A DNA stretch of 64,000 nt, taken from contig CM060733.1 in the NCBI GenBank assembly GCA_030704615.1, positions 55,242,001 to 55,306,000 of the forward strand, given 5' to 3'. The notes under the pieces are model-generated. The model was not told where the DNA came from and searched no databases. It saw nothing but the letters and a program-made list of their open reading frames with translations. The position numbers and the translations under genes were made by a program. Each line of letters begins with the position of its first letter. Position 1 is the first letter of the stretch. Positions 13,304 through 25,931 of the stretch are shown here, in pieces. The stretch is from Takakia lepidozioides (lineage: Eukaryota > Plantae > Bryophyta).

Positions 13304-14209
13304 CACACCCCTACCAACAGGGAGTCGATGTCCTCATCGACTTGTCCATTTTGTAGAAACGAACATCCAAGTTGTGGCGTCCCACATCAAGGAGTTTGTT
13401 TCCGTACCATGGCGTCCCATGGCAAAGAACCAAACCCCACACTTGACTCTACTCTCCACTAGCTAGTTCGGCCGACTTCCTCCAAGTCCCGGCCAAGGGT
13501 GGAGCCTCTCCAGCTCCTCCCAGTGCACTCTTCTTGGCCTACTTCAAGGCCAAGGAACGATCCTCCCCGAGGATCGAATCGCCTTACTGCAACAACATTG
13601 CTTGCGATCGCTCATGATGCCGCTTTTGGCATCACCTTGAGCAAGGGTTCACCTGGAACCCTCTTTGACTAGGAAGATAACCTTGAACCAACCGTGCGCC
13701 CCAATCACTACAATTGGGTCCGCCTTGGAATGCTGGTCTGAGGTACGGGAACACGCCGAAGCCGCACTACGACTTCGTCCCGAGGCTACACGATTATAGT
13801 ACGTGAACGGAAGTACGTAGCTTCCGCGTTAGCCCGCACTACAAGGCAACCCCCTCGGTAGCGCGGTTATAGTACGCGCACGCGCCAGGTGCGCACTAGC
13901 ACGTGAACTCCCAAAGAAGGCGCAAGTTTCCTTGCCCCTTGGATGGGGGTCACCCGATTTCGGCACTACGCAAACACACGATTAACCCAATTTACCTCTC
14001 CCACTTTTATAAGCTAGCATGCATTCTACACACTAGCCAACCATACCATGCATCACCATTCCAAACAAAATAGGACGCACAACATTTGGAACCCATTTCC
14101 TTTATAACAAATTTTTGTACAATACAAGTTTTTGTAATCGGATTCCTAAGCTAGCTAAGCCGGGCTAAGCATGCATTTCCTCCCCCACGCTCCAAGGTTG
14201 ATGTCCCCA

Positions 14210-15805
14210 TCAACGCTTCTTCCGCTTTTGAGGTCGCCCTTCGAAAGCTGCAACCGCCTCGGATGCGTTTCCCATTTCTGAGGCACGCACCCAAGATGCC
14301 TCCACATGATGATAGCCCTTCCATTTGACGAGATACTCCGTTTCTCGGTTCCTGAACCTCCTCGATTTAAGTATTGCCTCCACCTCGTACTCAGGTTCAT
14401 TTTCATGATCCAACAGCATAGGTGGCGGACGCAACACTTGATGTCGATTCGGACGCGCTTCATCTTTGAAGTAAGGCTTCAAAAGAGAGACATGGAATAC
14501 TGGGTGCACCTTGCTGTTTGCCGGCAGCTCCAATTCATACACATCCTCATTCATAACCTTCCGAATGCGAAAGGGTCCCGCATACGGAGGTACGAACTTT
14601 GGACTCACTTCCGGAGGTAGTCGGAAATTCTTGATGTTCAACCAGACCTCTGTGCCTGCCTCAAACTTCACTTCCCTCCGCTTCCGATTCGCCTGCCTTT
14701 CATACCGTTTCCTAGCTTTGGCAATGTTGTACTTTGCGAGCTTCAACAAACGCTCGCGTTCTTCCAGTACCGCCGCTACTGCCGGTTTCTCAACGTCCTG
14801 GGCGGCCCAACTTGTCGGCACCAGAGGTGCTTTTCCATAGACCAATACGAAAGGGGAAACTCCCGTTGCAGAGTGTTCTGTGTTATTATAACAGAACTCT
14901 GCCGCGTCTAAGTGTTCCATCCAGTCTGATTGGTCTGCCGACACGTAATTCCGCAAGAATTGCTTCGCTACGGAATTCACTCTTTCCGTTTGGCCGTCCG
15001 TCGTAGGTCGGAAGGCGGTTCTCATCTTTAGCCTCGTCCCCATCTTCTTCCAAAGTGTCCTCCAAAATTTACTCGTAAACTTTGGATCGCGATCCGAGAC
15101 AATATCCTTCGGGACTCCATGATGCTTTAAGACGTGGGCGAAGTAAAGTCGCCCTGTCTCCTGCGCCGTTACCGTCTCCTTGGTGGGGATGAAATGGCCC
15201 ATTTTACTGAACCTATCCACCACCACCATGATTGCATCGAATCCTTTTGACAGCGGCATAGCAGTCATGAAATCCATCGAGACGCTTTCCCAAGTCCCCT
15301 CTGGAATCGGCAAAGGTTGTAACAGCCCCGCTTGCTTTTTGTACTCACTCCGGTTTTGTTGGCATGTGGTGCATGTCTTGACATACTCCTCTGCCTCCTC
15401 CCTCAGTTTGGGCCAGAAATACTCTTTCTTCAAGAGTGCCGCAGTGCGCTTGGCTCCGCCGTGGCCCGCAAGCGGGCTATCATGGCATTCTCTCAAGAGG
15501 CTATCTCTGATCCCTCCCTTTGGCACGTAGAGACGCTTTTGCTTATACCGGAGCAGTCCATTTTGCAAGTGGAACTGCGATTTAACCCCCATCCTCAAGT
15601 CCTGCATCACGGACTTCGTCAGCTCATCCTTCCGGTAAGCCTTCCGGATCTTCCTTTGGAGCGCCGTCTCGCCCTTGTACACCAACAAGAGCTGTTGCTT
15701 TCTACTTAAAGCATCGGCCACCACGTTGTCTCGTCCCGGTTTGTACTGGATATCCACGTCGAACACTGCCAAAGTATCTTGCCACCTAAGTTGTTTTGGG
15801 GACAA
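14210..15805 (-). CDS. Retrotransposon integrase plus chromodomain (part of a disrupted pol)
   Basis: HHCC zinc finger, SMDF/SDRD/TER core, GPY/F motif and chromodomain. Confidence 0.9.
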   Translation of the reverse strand: MSPKQLRWQDTLAVFDVDIQYKPGRDNVVADALSRKQQLLLVYKGETALQRKIRKAYRKDELTKSVMQDLRMGVKSQFHLQNGLLRYKQKRLYVPKGGIRDSLLRECHDSPLAGHGGAKRTAALLKKEYFWPKLREEAEEYVKTCTTCQQNRSEYKKQAGLLQPLPIPEGTWESVSMDFMTAMPLSKGFDAIMVVVDRFSKMGHFIPTKETVTAQETGRLYFAHVLKHHGVPKDIVSDRDPKFTSKFWRTLWKKMGTRLKMRTAFRPTTDGQTERVNSVAKQFLRNYVSADQSDWMEHLDAAEFCYNNTEHSATGVSPFVLVYGKAPLVPTSWAAQDVEKPAVAAVLEERERLLKLAKYNIAKARKRYERQANRKRREVKFEAGTEVWLNIKNFRLPPEVSPKFVPPYAGPFRIRKVMNEDVYELELPANSKVHPVFHVSLLKPYFKDEARPNRHQVLRPPPMLLDHENEPEYEVEAILKSRRFRNRETEYLVKWKGYHHVEASWVRASEMGNASEAVAAFEGRPQKRKKR

Positions 15806-15811
15806 CTTGGG

Positions 15812-17191
15812 CTACGTGGCAAAATACTTCACCGTGACATTGTCCGTGAACACCTTCACTGGGTTGGAACCAACATAGTGGCGCCAAAGCTCAAGACAGT
15901 GCACCACCGCCTTCATCTCTTTTTCGTGCGTCGGCCACCGTCGCTCCACTTCATTCAGTTTCTTACTTTCGTAAGCCACTGGACGTTCATCTTGCATAAG
16001 TACACCCCCAATCACGAAGTCCGACGCATCTGTATGAATCTCAAATGGACGATTGAACTCCGGGATTTTCAAGACTGGAACTTCCGCCATCCGCTGCTTC
16101 AATTCAGCAAAAGCTTGGCCACAAAATGTGTTCCATACCCAGACTTTGGATTTACACAGAAGGTCCGACAGCGGCCCCGCGATCTTGGCGAAATTTCTCA
16201 CATACTTCCGGTAATAGGAGGCGAGTCCTAGGAAGGATCGCACTCCCGGGACCAAAGTCGGAGGCTCCCAGTCCAAGATCGCCCTCACCTTTCTGTCATC
16301 CATTTCGATCCCATCCTGTGTAATCACATGCCCCAAGAACTCCACTTTCGTGACCCCGAATTCGCATTTTGAAGCTTTGGCGTACAGCTTCCCTTCCCGC
16401 AACTTTTGGAACACCCTTTTGAGGTGCTCCAGGTGTTCCTCCTTTGTTTTCGAGTACACCAAGATGTCGTCGATGTACACGATCACAAAGTCATCCAACC
16501 ACTCCTGAAAAAGGCTGTTCATCAGCGTGCTAAAGGTCGCCGGTGCATTAGTGAGCCCAAAAGGCATCACCAAGAACTCATATGAACCATATCTTGTCCT
16601 GCACGCGGTCTTCTCCTCATCTCCTTCCGCCACCCGAATTTGATGATAGCCGGAGCGCAAGTTGATCCGGCTGAAATACTTCGCTCCTGCCAACCGGTCG
16701 AAAAGGTCGTCGATCCTTGGCAAAGGGTACCGGTTTTTAATAGTCACCTTATTCAAAGCCCTATAATCGACATACATCCGCAGCGTCCCATCCTTCTTGT
16801 CTGCGAATAGCACCGGGGCTCCGTAAGGTGACTTACTCGGCCGGATGTACCCCTTTGACATTAGATCCTTGAGCTGAGTCTTCAGCTCGACCAACTCTCT
16901 GTGGCTCAACCGGTAGGGCGCCTTGGCAGGCGGTTCCGATCCCGGTATCACCTCAATCTTGTGGTCAACTCCTCTTCGCGGTGGCAAGCCGCTTGGTAAA
17001 TCCTCCGGCATCACATCCTGGTATTTCTCCAAAATCCCCTTGATCCAATCTGGGCTCGGATCCCCATCGCCTTCTCCTTTCACTTCTCTAATGTAAAGCA
17101 AAAACTGGGACTCGTGTGCCTCCTCTACGGCCCACTCCTTTGCTGACAGAAGGTTTATTCGCCCTCCCACGGATTTGGGCGTTTCCGACAC
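15812..17191 (-). CDS. Retrotransposon RT and RNase H (part of a disrupted pol)
   Basis: [29 protein letters not shown]. The first RT aspartate appears mutated (SRINLRSG). Confidence 0.9.
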   Translation of the reverse strand: MSETPKSVGGRINLLSAKEWAVEEAHESQFLLYIREVKGEGDGDPSPDWIKGILEKYQDVMPEDLPSGLPPRRGVDHKIEVIPGSEPPAKAPYRLSHRELVELKTQLKDLMSKGYIRPSKSPYGAPVLFADKKDGTLRMYVDYRALNKVTIKNRYPLPRIDDLFDRLAGAKYFSRINLRSGYHQIRVAEGDEEKTACRTRYGSYEFLVMPFGLTNAPATFSTLMNSLFQEWLDDFVIVYIDDILVYSKTKEEHLEHLKRVFQKLREGKLYAKASKCEFGVTKVEFLGHVITQDGIEMDDRKVRAILDWEPPTLVPGVRSFLGLASYYRKYVRNFAKIAGPLSDLLCKSKVWVWNTFCGQAFAELKQRMAEVPVLKIPEFNRPFEIHTDASDFVIGGVLMQDERPVAYESKKLNEVERRWPTHEKEMKAVVHCLELWRHYVGSNPVKVFTDNVTVKYFAT

Positions 17192-18813
17192 TCATAAAAC
17201 CTCGCCACCATTCCCACATGGCAGCGTGACTACTCTCTTGCGGCCATCTATGACCGCTCCGGATTTGCTCAAAAAGGTCATCCCCAAAATGAGATCCACT
17301 CCATCGATCTCGCAGATGGTGAAGTTCTCACGTCCCTCCCAACTCCCCAGTTGAAGAAGAACATCAAACGCCAACCTTGTCGCCAACTGAGGTTCTCCTT
17401 TGGCAGAGCGCACCTCAATAGAGGCCCCCACGTCACTTGTCGGGAGTCCCAACTTTCGCGCCGCCGCCGGCGTCATGAAGGAGTGCGACGCTCCTGTGTC
17501 CACCAACAACGACACGTTAGTTCCGGATATTATCCCATCCACGAACAATAACTGACTCCCTTTACGCAGGGCGTCAGTTTCCTGATACAACTCACAAGAA
17601 TAGTTGCCTACCTTGCAAGTCCTGGCGACCACCGCTTCCACCAAGCGACTGATGGTATCTTCCGACAGCTCCGTGGTTGCCCGAGTCATGTTCAATTGTC
17701 GAGGTTTTGTGCACTTCTTGGCCATGTGCCCGGGCTCCCCGCAATTGAAACACACTCCATCAAAGGTCGCCTTCTGTCCGCCATAAGCCGCTCCACCCGC
17801 TTTTCCTTTCGAAGCACCGGGTGCCGCCTTGACGTGTGAAGGCCCTCCCTTCGATTTCCACGTGCCATTGTCGCCGCGTGGCCTATCCCACTTCTTTTCT
17901 GGTCGGAAGGAGTCACCTTCCCGCCGGGTCTTCTTGTGGTTCAGCTCCGTATGGCCTTGTCTCTCACCCCTAGGGACATCCGAGAAACATTCAGCCCTCT
18001 AAATTGCCTCGTTCAAAGTCTTGGGTGGCTTCTCCTCCAACTTCCGCCTGGCCCATGGGGCCAGTCCCGCCACAAAGTTGAAGACCATTTCTGGTTCTGC
18101 CATGTCCGCGACTTCGAGCAACAGCACATTGAAAGCCTGGACATACCCCCGAACGTCATCTGTTTGCTTCAAATTCCTCATCTTGTCCCGGGCAAGCCAG
18201 GACGCGTTGAGGGGCACAAACTGTCTCTTCATCAATTCCTTGAACCCACTCCAGTTCAAGGTTTCCGGGCTTGGACCTCGGTCGTGAAGGCGTTTCTGCC
18301 ACCATTGTTGAGCATAGCCCCTCAAATAGGTGGGAGCCACTTCCACGCGATCCTCGTCACTCAACTTGGCCGCCCGGAAGTACTGCTCCAGCTCCAAGAG
18401 CCAGGTGTTGAGTGCCTTCCGATTTTGGACGCCCTCGAAGGTGCCGGATTCCTTAGGCTTCACCTTAAACTTTGCCTTAGTGGAAGTGGCATTAGCCGCC
18501 TTCAACACGTCTTTCAACGTCCCGCCAAACTGCGCCAACAACCCTTCCCAAAAGGCTGCCGGCATGGGAGGCATCTCTTGGTTTGTCGGAGCTCTCAAGG
18601 ATTCCTCGGGCTCCGACTCCTCAGATTCCTCCCGCTCTTGGGCGGCCTTGTTTTCGGAAACATGCATCGCTTCCTCAAACGGCCGCCTCGGTGACACGCC
18701 GCCCCCATCGAGCTCACCGGGATCATCATCTTTTGGGCCGTTCCGCTTTTGCTTCGGCTTGCCCGACCCCATGATGAGGCCAATCCCAAGGACGATCGCG
18801 TACTGAACTCTAA

Positions 18814-18825
18814 GCTCTGATACCA
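18814..18825 (-). promoter_or_regulatory. Primer-binding site (initiator tRNA-Met)
   Basis: TGGTATCAGAGC lies 2 nt inside the 5' LTR edge. Confidence 0.95.
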
Positions 18826-18827
18826 AG

Positions 18828-19556
18828 TGTCGCGCACCTCACTTCGATAAGCTCCCCTTCAAGTCATAGTTACTCGCTTTGATGCGCACGCCTGACTCCC
18901 AACCTGGCCACCCGGGCCAACTTGGAGCTTCGGCTGCTCACCGGGACATAACGGTCCCCCTTCACTTCCCTCTCGACCCTCCACCTATTTGGGACTAGGA
19001 GAATTCCCTTTGGTAGATGGCAGTCCGGAACATCTCCCCACTCTTTGGTCGCTTTCCGGCTCGCTCGCTTACTCACTAGTTATTGGTCACCAACGGGCTT
19101 GCACCGTTCTCAGCGTTACAACTCCCTATATATACTTCTGTAGCTGTCCGCGGGGGTTTCACAACCAGCCATGCCATTTTATGGCGAACCACCACGAAGA
19201 CCCTCGATTCCCGGTGGTGAGTCGCGGTGAGTCTTGGCCCACTCACCGCGGCCCCAATGGACCGTGATGAGTCCCAAGACTCCCCACGACTCCCACCTCG
19301 AGGTCTCCACCCCATGGTGAGTCCTATGCCACCCCCACTAAGTCCCGCTAAGCTACCACCACCCCTTGTGGAGCCACCCCCACCGCAACCCGGTGTGCGG
19401 GGCTCCACCTAGTGAGCGCCTCCGCCTCCTTGAGTGCCTTGGGCACTCAAGGGTGCTTCAGCCCCCCCCCCATACCTATCGCTGTCGCTGCCCCCACCAC
19501 AGGGGCAGCCCCTCATGTGTCCCGACCCCCTGCCCTCAAGGCAAAGGGCCGCGACA
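18828..19556 (-). repeat. 5' LTR of the chromovirus (729 bp)
   Basis: TG...CA ends with 7-bp inverted termini; matches 12688-13303. Confidence 0.95.
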
Positions 19557-19896
19557 AACAGATTGTGAATTTTGGAATTTCCAGAAGTAGGGTAATCGTG
19601 TGAATGAGCCAGATCTCGTTCGGCTCTGTGAGCACACACGCCGGTGACGATGATCAGGATAGTGAAATGGCGGGAGACCGTGAGCGCTCAAATGCGGCCA
19701 GTTTGCACCGAGCTTCAGATCGCGGAAGTCAGTTGTTTTCCTAGAAACAGATGGAGGCCTTAGGTACTTTGATTCAATCTGAGATACAAAAATTGGCCCC
19801 TGCACAAACTCAAACTGAAAAGCGATCTAGGGAGCTGCCTATGAGTGAGCCACTGAATGAGGGTGGGCTTGCAAATCCGGACTGGTTAGTGGTACC

Positions 19897-21326
19897 TTGC
19901 CCAACGGGAAGGGTTTCAATATCAAAGGTACTAGAGCTTTTCCCAATGTACCTGTCTTATCAGCTATTCAGATGAAGAGATGTATGCGGAGGGGAAATGC
20001 TCAGCTTTTTACTGTTAGCTTGCATGAGGTCTTGGAAACAAATCAGGGAGGAGGGAAGTCGCATCCCAGACTTGGCCTAATCCTGAATGAATATAAAGAT
20101 ATGTTTCCTGATGAGATCCCTGGGATGCCCCCTGAACGGGAGGTTGATCATGCTATCGAGTTGATGTCAGATGCTGTACCGGTTGCAAGGGCACCGTACA
20201 GGCATTCAATTATAGAAAGTGAAGAGTTAGAAAGGCAGTTGAATGACATGTTGGAAAAGGGGTATATACGTCCAAGTAAATGCCCTTGGGGTGCCCCTAT
20301 AATGTTTAAGAAGAAGAAAGACGGGACTTTGAGACTGTGTGTGGACTATAGATGGTTGAATAAGGTCACCATCAAGAATAAGTTTCATTTGCCTCGTGTG
20401 GACGATTTGTTTGACTATCTATATGGGAGTCAGGTTTTTTCAAAACTTGATCTTCGATCTAGATATCATCAGATACGGATCAAGAATTCTGACATACCAA
20501 AGACAAGATTTCGATCTCGTTTTGGTCATTACGAATTCTTGGTGATGCCATTTGGGCTCACGAATGCTCCAGCAACATTTACTCATCTGATGAATTCTCT
20601 GTTCCAGAAATATTTGGGGAAGATGGTCCTAGTCTACATGGATGATATACTAATATACTCGAAGTCTAAAGAAGAACATGAACAACATTTACACTTGGTC
20701 TTAGACATACTGAGAGAGAACCATCTGTTTGCTAAGAGAATAAGTGTGAGTTCTTTGTAGACCACATGGATTACTTGGGATTTTGCATCTCCAAAGACGG
20801 AATCTCAATTGATCCTAAGAAAGTCCAGACTGTGGTTGAATGGCCTAAACCAAGTGATAAGACTGAGGTCACGAGCTTTATTGGGTTTGCTAGCTTCCTA
20901 TGGAAGTTTGTCAAATCTTTTTCACAGATTGCAGCCCCATTGACTGACCTGCTTAAGGACTCGAGTCCTGTAAGCTTGAGGGATGTCTGGACAAGAGAAT
21001 GCGATAACAGTTTCGAGAAATTGAAGTTTGCCTTGACACATGCTCCTGTACTAAGATTGCTCGACCCTGCGAAGGGAGCAATCATACTGTGTACCGATGC
21101 AAGTGATCTTGCTATTGGGGCTGTGCTGATGCAAGATGGGCAAGTGATTGCCTACGAATCTCGAAAGATCAGTCCAGCAGAAAAGAATTACCCAACTTAT
21201 GAAAAAGAACTGTTGGCAATAGTTCATGCTCTGAAGATATGGAGGCATTACCTGCTTCCAGTTGATTTTGTGATACAGACTGACCATCAGAGTTTGAAAT
21301 ACTTGACCACACAACCTCATTTGAGT
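19897..21326 (+). mobile_element. Second Ty3/gypsy: RT and RNase H half (frameshifted)
   Basis: [54 protein letters not shown]; breaks at about 21326. Confidence 0.9.
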
Positions 21327-21989
21327 CAGGCGGTAAAGTCGTCGGAAAACAACTCCACGCATGACAGCGATGCCCTCCTCGAGTATTTGGCATCCGTTAT
21401 CTGTGAAAAGAGTATATATTCTCTTCTGTGCAACAACATATGAAGAGAATAAATTCTTACCACGATCAGGCACATGGATGACTCCCTTCAGAATGCCGTA
21501 AGTGGTGTTGTCATCCAAGGTAGATCTTGATAATGATATCACCAATGCCGCAAGCCTGAAGCATGATCCCACCGGTACCTTGGACTTGACGACGTTCGGC
21601 TGAAATGTCACGGTAGGTGGGAAAGGAGGGAGCGATCTTGGCACATATATTTCTGTGCATCCACTGTCAACGTACCAATAGCTTGATTTGTTTGGTGGAG
21701 AGACACTCTGTACCATCCTTCGTTCTTACCGGAATCATTAGACTTGCTCGTCTTGGCCGCTATTTCTTTAAGCTTCCTCTGAGCATTTTGCCACTTCTTC
21801 TGCTCGTCCTCCGAAGCAGTGCATTCGCGGCCCCAATGTCCTTCACCTCCGCACTTCCAGCAGCAGCTAGTCTTCTTATGATCGTTGCAAAGAACCTTGG
21901 CGATAATGGCTTTCTCAATGAAAGTCTTGTCACCGCGACTCTCTAGTTGGGTGATGATCACATCGATATCACCAAGATAGTAGCAATGT
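21327..21989 (-). mobile_element. Ty1/copia gag-protease fragment
   Basis: CWKCGGEGHWGREC knuckle, WYVDSGCT protease motif, VIHVP..KNLFS and LYRL. Confidence 0.85.
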
Positions 21990-24327
21990 TGTTATCAGTG
22001 CCTAAGCTACATTTGTAGAAGGCCTGATGCAAAGCATGGATGTTCTGGGAAGCGTCAACGCGCTCATGCAGGAGCCGCAGCTTAACCCGGATAGCATTAG
22101 AAGTGCGACAACTACTAACGTTCTTGAGATACTTCTTGAAAAGGATCTGACTCTCTTTCCTCAGTCCAACTACAGAACAAATTCAGGCCCTTTTCTTATC
22201 TTGCCGTTCATAGGGAATCTATCAGGATCCCAAGAAAATTGCTTGCTTGAATCAACGTCAATATGGACTCATGTGACCATTTTCTTTTATTCCAGTCACT
22301 GTTCATTGACTCAGATCGTAATAGAGATCACCCCACTCCACGATCGTTCACCCCTGTTCTTCACGAAAGCATATTCACAAGTCTTAAAGCGAACCTTTCT
22401 TGTTCCAAGCTATTCACAGGGTTTACACCATCACTCTATACAAAAGAGAAATCACAGTTCCTTCCGCTGCAAGGCATCAAAGGCCAGTGACGTCTATTCC
22501 AACATCAACCTACACTCTAAAAGCACAGCACCGGCTATAGCATCCGGTCCACCCAGCCACCACGCCGTGCTACAAATCAGCTTTTACGCGCATCCAGATC
22601 TGCTCCAGGCGCCTGTACGCCATCATCCCTTCTCCAACCATCTTGCCATCTCCACGCACACATCATTAAATCCCTAGTCCTGGATCTCTTCATGCACGCG
22701 AGACTGCTCCATTTTACCTGCAACTGTCAGTTCGGCGATATTCTAGCAGTCTCTTGTTATTCCAAACTGGTTGACAGGTCGATCTTCGTTCCTAGCACCT
22801 AACAAATTCCCCCTCCCAAAGACAGGTCATTGTCCTCAATGACAGAAAATGAGGGGTAACTCAATGTCAATTCATTTTCCTCCTCCCAAGTAGCTTCTGT
22901 CTCTGGGTAATGCAACCACTTAATCAAATGTTCTTTCCAAGAACGGTTGCGTAGTGATGGGTCTGACATATACCTCCGGAGAAGGCTGACATGGAAAGTT
23001 TTATGGATCTTCCATGTTGGAGGTAGATCCAACTCATAGGCCACTGTGCCATGGCGTTCCAGGATTTTAAACGGGCCACAAAACCTTGGTGACAACTTAT
23101 AGCACTTGCCCAGTGTTAGATTGCTTCTTTTAGGTGTAACTTTCAAAAACACCATATCACCAATGGCAAATTCACGAAAAGTCTTGTGTTTATCAGCAAA
23201 GAACTTGGTCCGTTCTTGTGCAGCCTACATACTACGCTTCACCAGATCTAGGACAGAGTGGATCTCTTTGATTCTGTCATTCACACTCTGCACATTTGAT
23301 GGTGGCGTAATAAGCGAAGCAGGAGCCAAGCAATCTCGTCCGTATAAAGCTTCAAATGGGCTCATGCCAATGGCACTATGGAAATGCTTGTTATAAGCAA
23401 ATTCCACCATATACAGATATTGTTCCCAAGAGGACTGTCTTTCACCAACGTACATCCTCAACATATCTTCTATTGTACGGTTGGTCCTTTCTGTTTGAGC
23501 ATCTGTTTCTGGATGAAAGGCCGTACTCAGTTTCACCTTGGTTCCCAATTTCTTGAACAAGTCAATCCAAAAATGACTTATAAACTTTGAGTCCCTGTCA
23601 CAAATAATCTCCCGAGGCAGACCATGGATCCTGAATATCTCTTTCATGTACAAGGATGCAACATTAGATGCCGTAGCACTCATCCTTGTAGGTATCAAGT
23701 GGGTTATCTTAGACAGCCTATCTACAACCACCATGATACTGTCATGGCCATTTCTGGTCCTGGGCAATGCCACAATGAAATCCATGCTAATGGATTCCCA
23801 ATTCCACCCGGGAACAGATAAAGGTTGTAATAATCCAAGAGGTCTGACTCTCTCTGACTTCAAAACCTGACATGGGAAACATTTCTGCACATACTCTTTA
23901 ATTTCTCTCTTCATACCTGGCCAAAAATAGTGCTTCTGTATTGACCAATAGGTTCTCTGAAAGCCCGGGTGTCCAAAGATTGGAATATTGTGACTGTCAT
24001 GAATAATCCGCAATCTCAAGTCTGGAATCAGGGGAACACACAGCCGACCATCATAAAATAACACCCCATCTCTCAAGAGGTATGGCCGGTACTTCTCTTT
24101 CTCAATAGAAGTCACGAGACAAACTCTTGAATGGCTCTTTGAAGAATTCATCGACCTCATACTGACCTTTAATGTCTTGAATTATAGTGCTACTGACGCA
24201 TGAGACTACATTAGCTTGTAATGGTCTCCTAGAAAGTGCATCAGCAATCACATTCTCTCTCCCCTTGATATACTTTAGGTCATAATGGAATTGCTGAAGC
24301 AGTTCTGACCACCTAATCTGCCATCTT
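21990..24327 (-). mobile_element. Second Ty3/gypsy: integrase and chromodomain half, PPT and 3' LTR, inverted relative to its RT half
   Basis: QIRWSELLQQF...ADALSR, integrase SMDF/CDRD/TER, PRFCGPF, HLIKW..YP..EATWE, PPT GGGAGGGGG (about 22809-22817), LTR TGTTA...TAACA 22804-21990. Confidence 0.88.
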
Positions 24328-25621
24328 GCCGCCGTTGCCTCAAGCCATGAATGATGGTCAGCTGATGGCTGAACCCGAAAAGATTCTAGATTGTAAGATC
24401 ATTGTTTGTAAGAGTGGAGATTGCGCCATGTAAGGCGCGTCAATATACACAACGCAATTCTCGGGTAGTTCTTTACGGACCAATAAACACTGTTTTTGAT
24501 ATCCGTGCTACTGATCGAGCTCAGATTCGGGCTCTTCTCGAAGGACTCGGAGGTGACGATAAATGAATTCTTTTGAGCAGCTTGTAATGGACACATGATT
24601 TACATTCTGTGTGGGTTCAGGAACATCATACATGTTGATGTCGAGAAATCACTCTGTGAAAGATATGAATATAACATTTTTCGAATAGCTGGCCTTGATC
24701 TCTAATTGTTATTGGAGTGTGTGAACATTTTGTGTAAGCGCTTAGTGGAGGATCAGATCAAAGTATTGATCTCAGAATCAGATTTGCGAAGATAATCATC
24801 CAGGAAGGCTAGATAACGTCATAGTCATCCACATTAGACTAGATGATAAGCATCCATGAAGCCAGGAAAAATGTCATAGAAGCCAGACAAGTGTTGTAGT
24901 CGTCAACACTGTATTCGTTCCCTTCGCTCCCTGCGGCACGAGCTTGGGCCATGCAACCGATGACCTTGGTTGAACGGCTTGTGCTTGGAGGTGCATGAAG
25001 GCGATCGCAGAAGATCGGGGTGGGAGGTCTTTTTGGACCACGATGTTGCGGTGTGGATTGCGTAAGCAGAGTCCGTCTTCGATAGCATCCAAAAGGCTGC
25101 TAATGTACCTCTCTTGGCCTAGCTTGAGAAGATCCTTGGATCTCCTGGCCTGGACTTGCAAAGGAAAGCCCCACTATTGGCGTAATCCTTCCACAATGGT
25201 AGTTACCCAAATTCTGCTCTCCCTCACTCCTGCTCATTTGGTTGTGTCCCATGTGTTTTTGTGTCTCGTATTCGTTGTAGGAGTGCCTGTTGGGCTTATC
25301 AGCAAAAAGCTTAACAACCTTGCTGGGAGGCTGAAGAAATGGATGATAAGGGAGGAAGTAAAATTTTGCTGTTTAATGCTGCTGATGTTGTTAGATAGAC
25401 CTGACGCAGAAAGGGTCGGTAAGGATGCAGGGTGCCAAGCTGATGAGCAAGTATGGAGGCGAAGTGCCCAAGGTTATTAAGGAGGTCGTCCCGGAGAACA
25501 AGGAGGTGACTTGCGGCTCTTATGCATGCCAGATGTTTTTCTAGATTTGCTTACGATTGAGCGCATAGGGTGGTCTTATTGGCAGGCTCTAATATGTCTG
25601 GACTGAGCCAACGCCGTCCAG

Positions 25622-25672
25622 GCGTGCGCGCGCGCGCACACACACACACACACTCTCTCTCTCTCTCTCTCT
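25622..25672. repeat. Compound (GC)n(AC)n(TC)n microsatellite
   Basis: Read directly from the sequence. Confidence 0.9.
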
Positions 25673-25917
25673 CCGAGCCTAAAGCCCTGGTCCTGTTGGG
25701 GTCTAATTGCTGGGAAACTCACGCCCAGCAGATTGATGCTTGTGTGAAGGGCTTTCTAGAGGATATCTGGAAAGCCCGAACTAATTGTTTATATCAAGGT
25801 AAGTCCCACTACCAGGGTGAGCTCCCCACACAAAGGTACTGTTTATTTCCTCTTGTTCCGCCCAAACTGGGCGTGGGGTCTATGGCCATAAGGCTACGGC
25901 AAACAACGTCTTATTAG
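25673..25917 (+). mobile_element. Possible 3' remnant of a non-LTR retroelement
   Basis: LLGSNCW...VKGFLEDIWKAR resembles the extreme C-terminus of LINE ORF2; weak evidence. Confidence 0.3.
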
Positions 25918-25931
25918 TACTCTCATCCTAC

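Larger units (their letters stand above)
12688..19556 (-). mobile_element. Near-complete Ty3/gypsy chromovirus (gag, CCHC knuckle, protease, RT, RNase H, integrase, chromodomain) with in-frame stops
   Basis: 5' LTR 18828-19556 (TGTCGCG...CGCGACA); PBS TGGTATCAGAGC 18814-18825; CFNCGEPGHMAKKC; LVDTGASHSF; YIDD; HTDASD; integrase H..GH..C..C and SMDF; PYAGPF; chromodomain YEVEAIL...YLVKWKGY...SW; PPT about 13304-13315; truncated 3' LTR 12688-13303. Confidence 0.97.

Noticed and set aside
15812-18001. Programmed stop read-through or RNA editing restoring retroelement ORFs
   Set aside because: Multiple scattered stops plus a mutated RT aspartate are better explained by decay.
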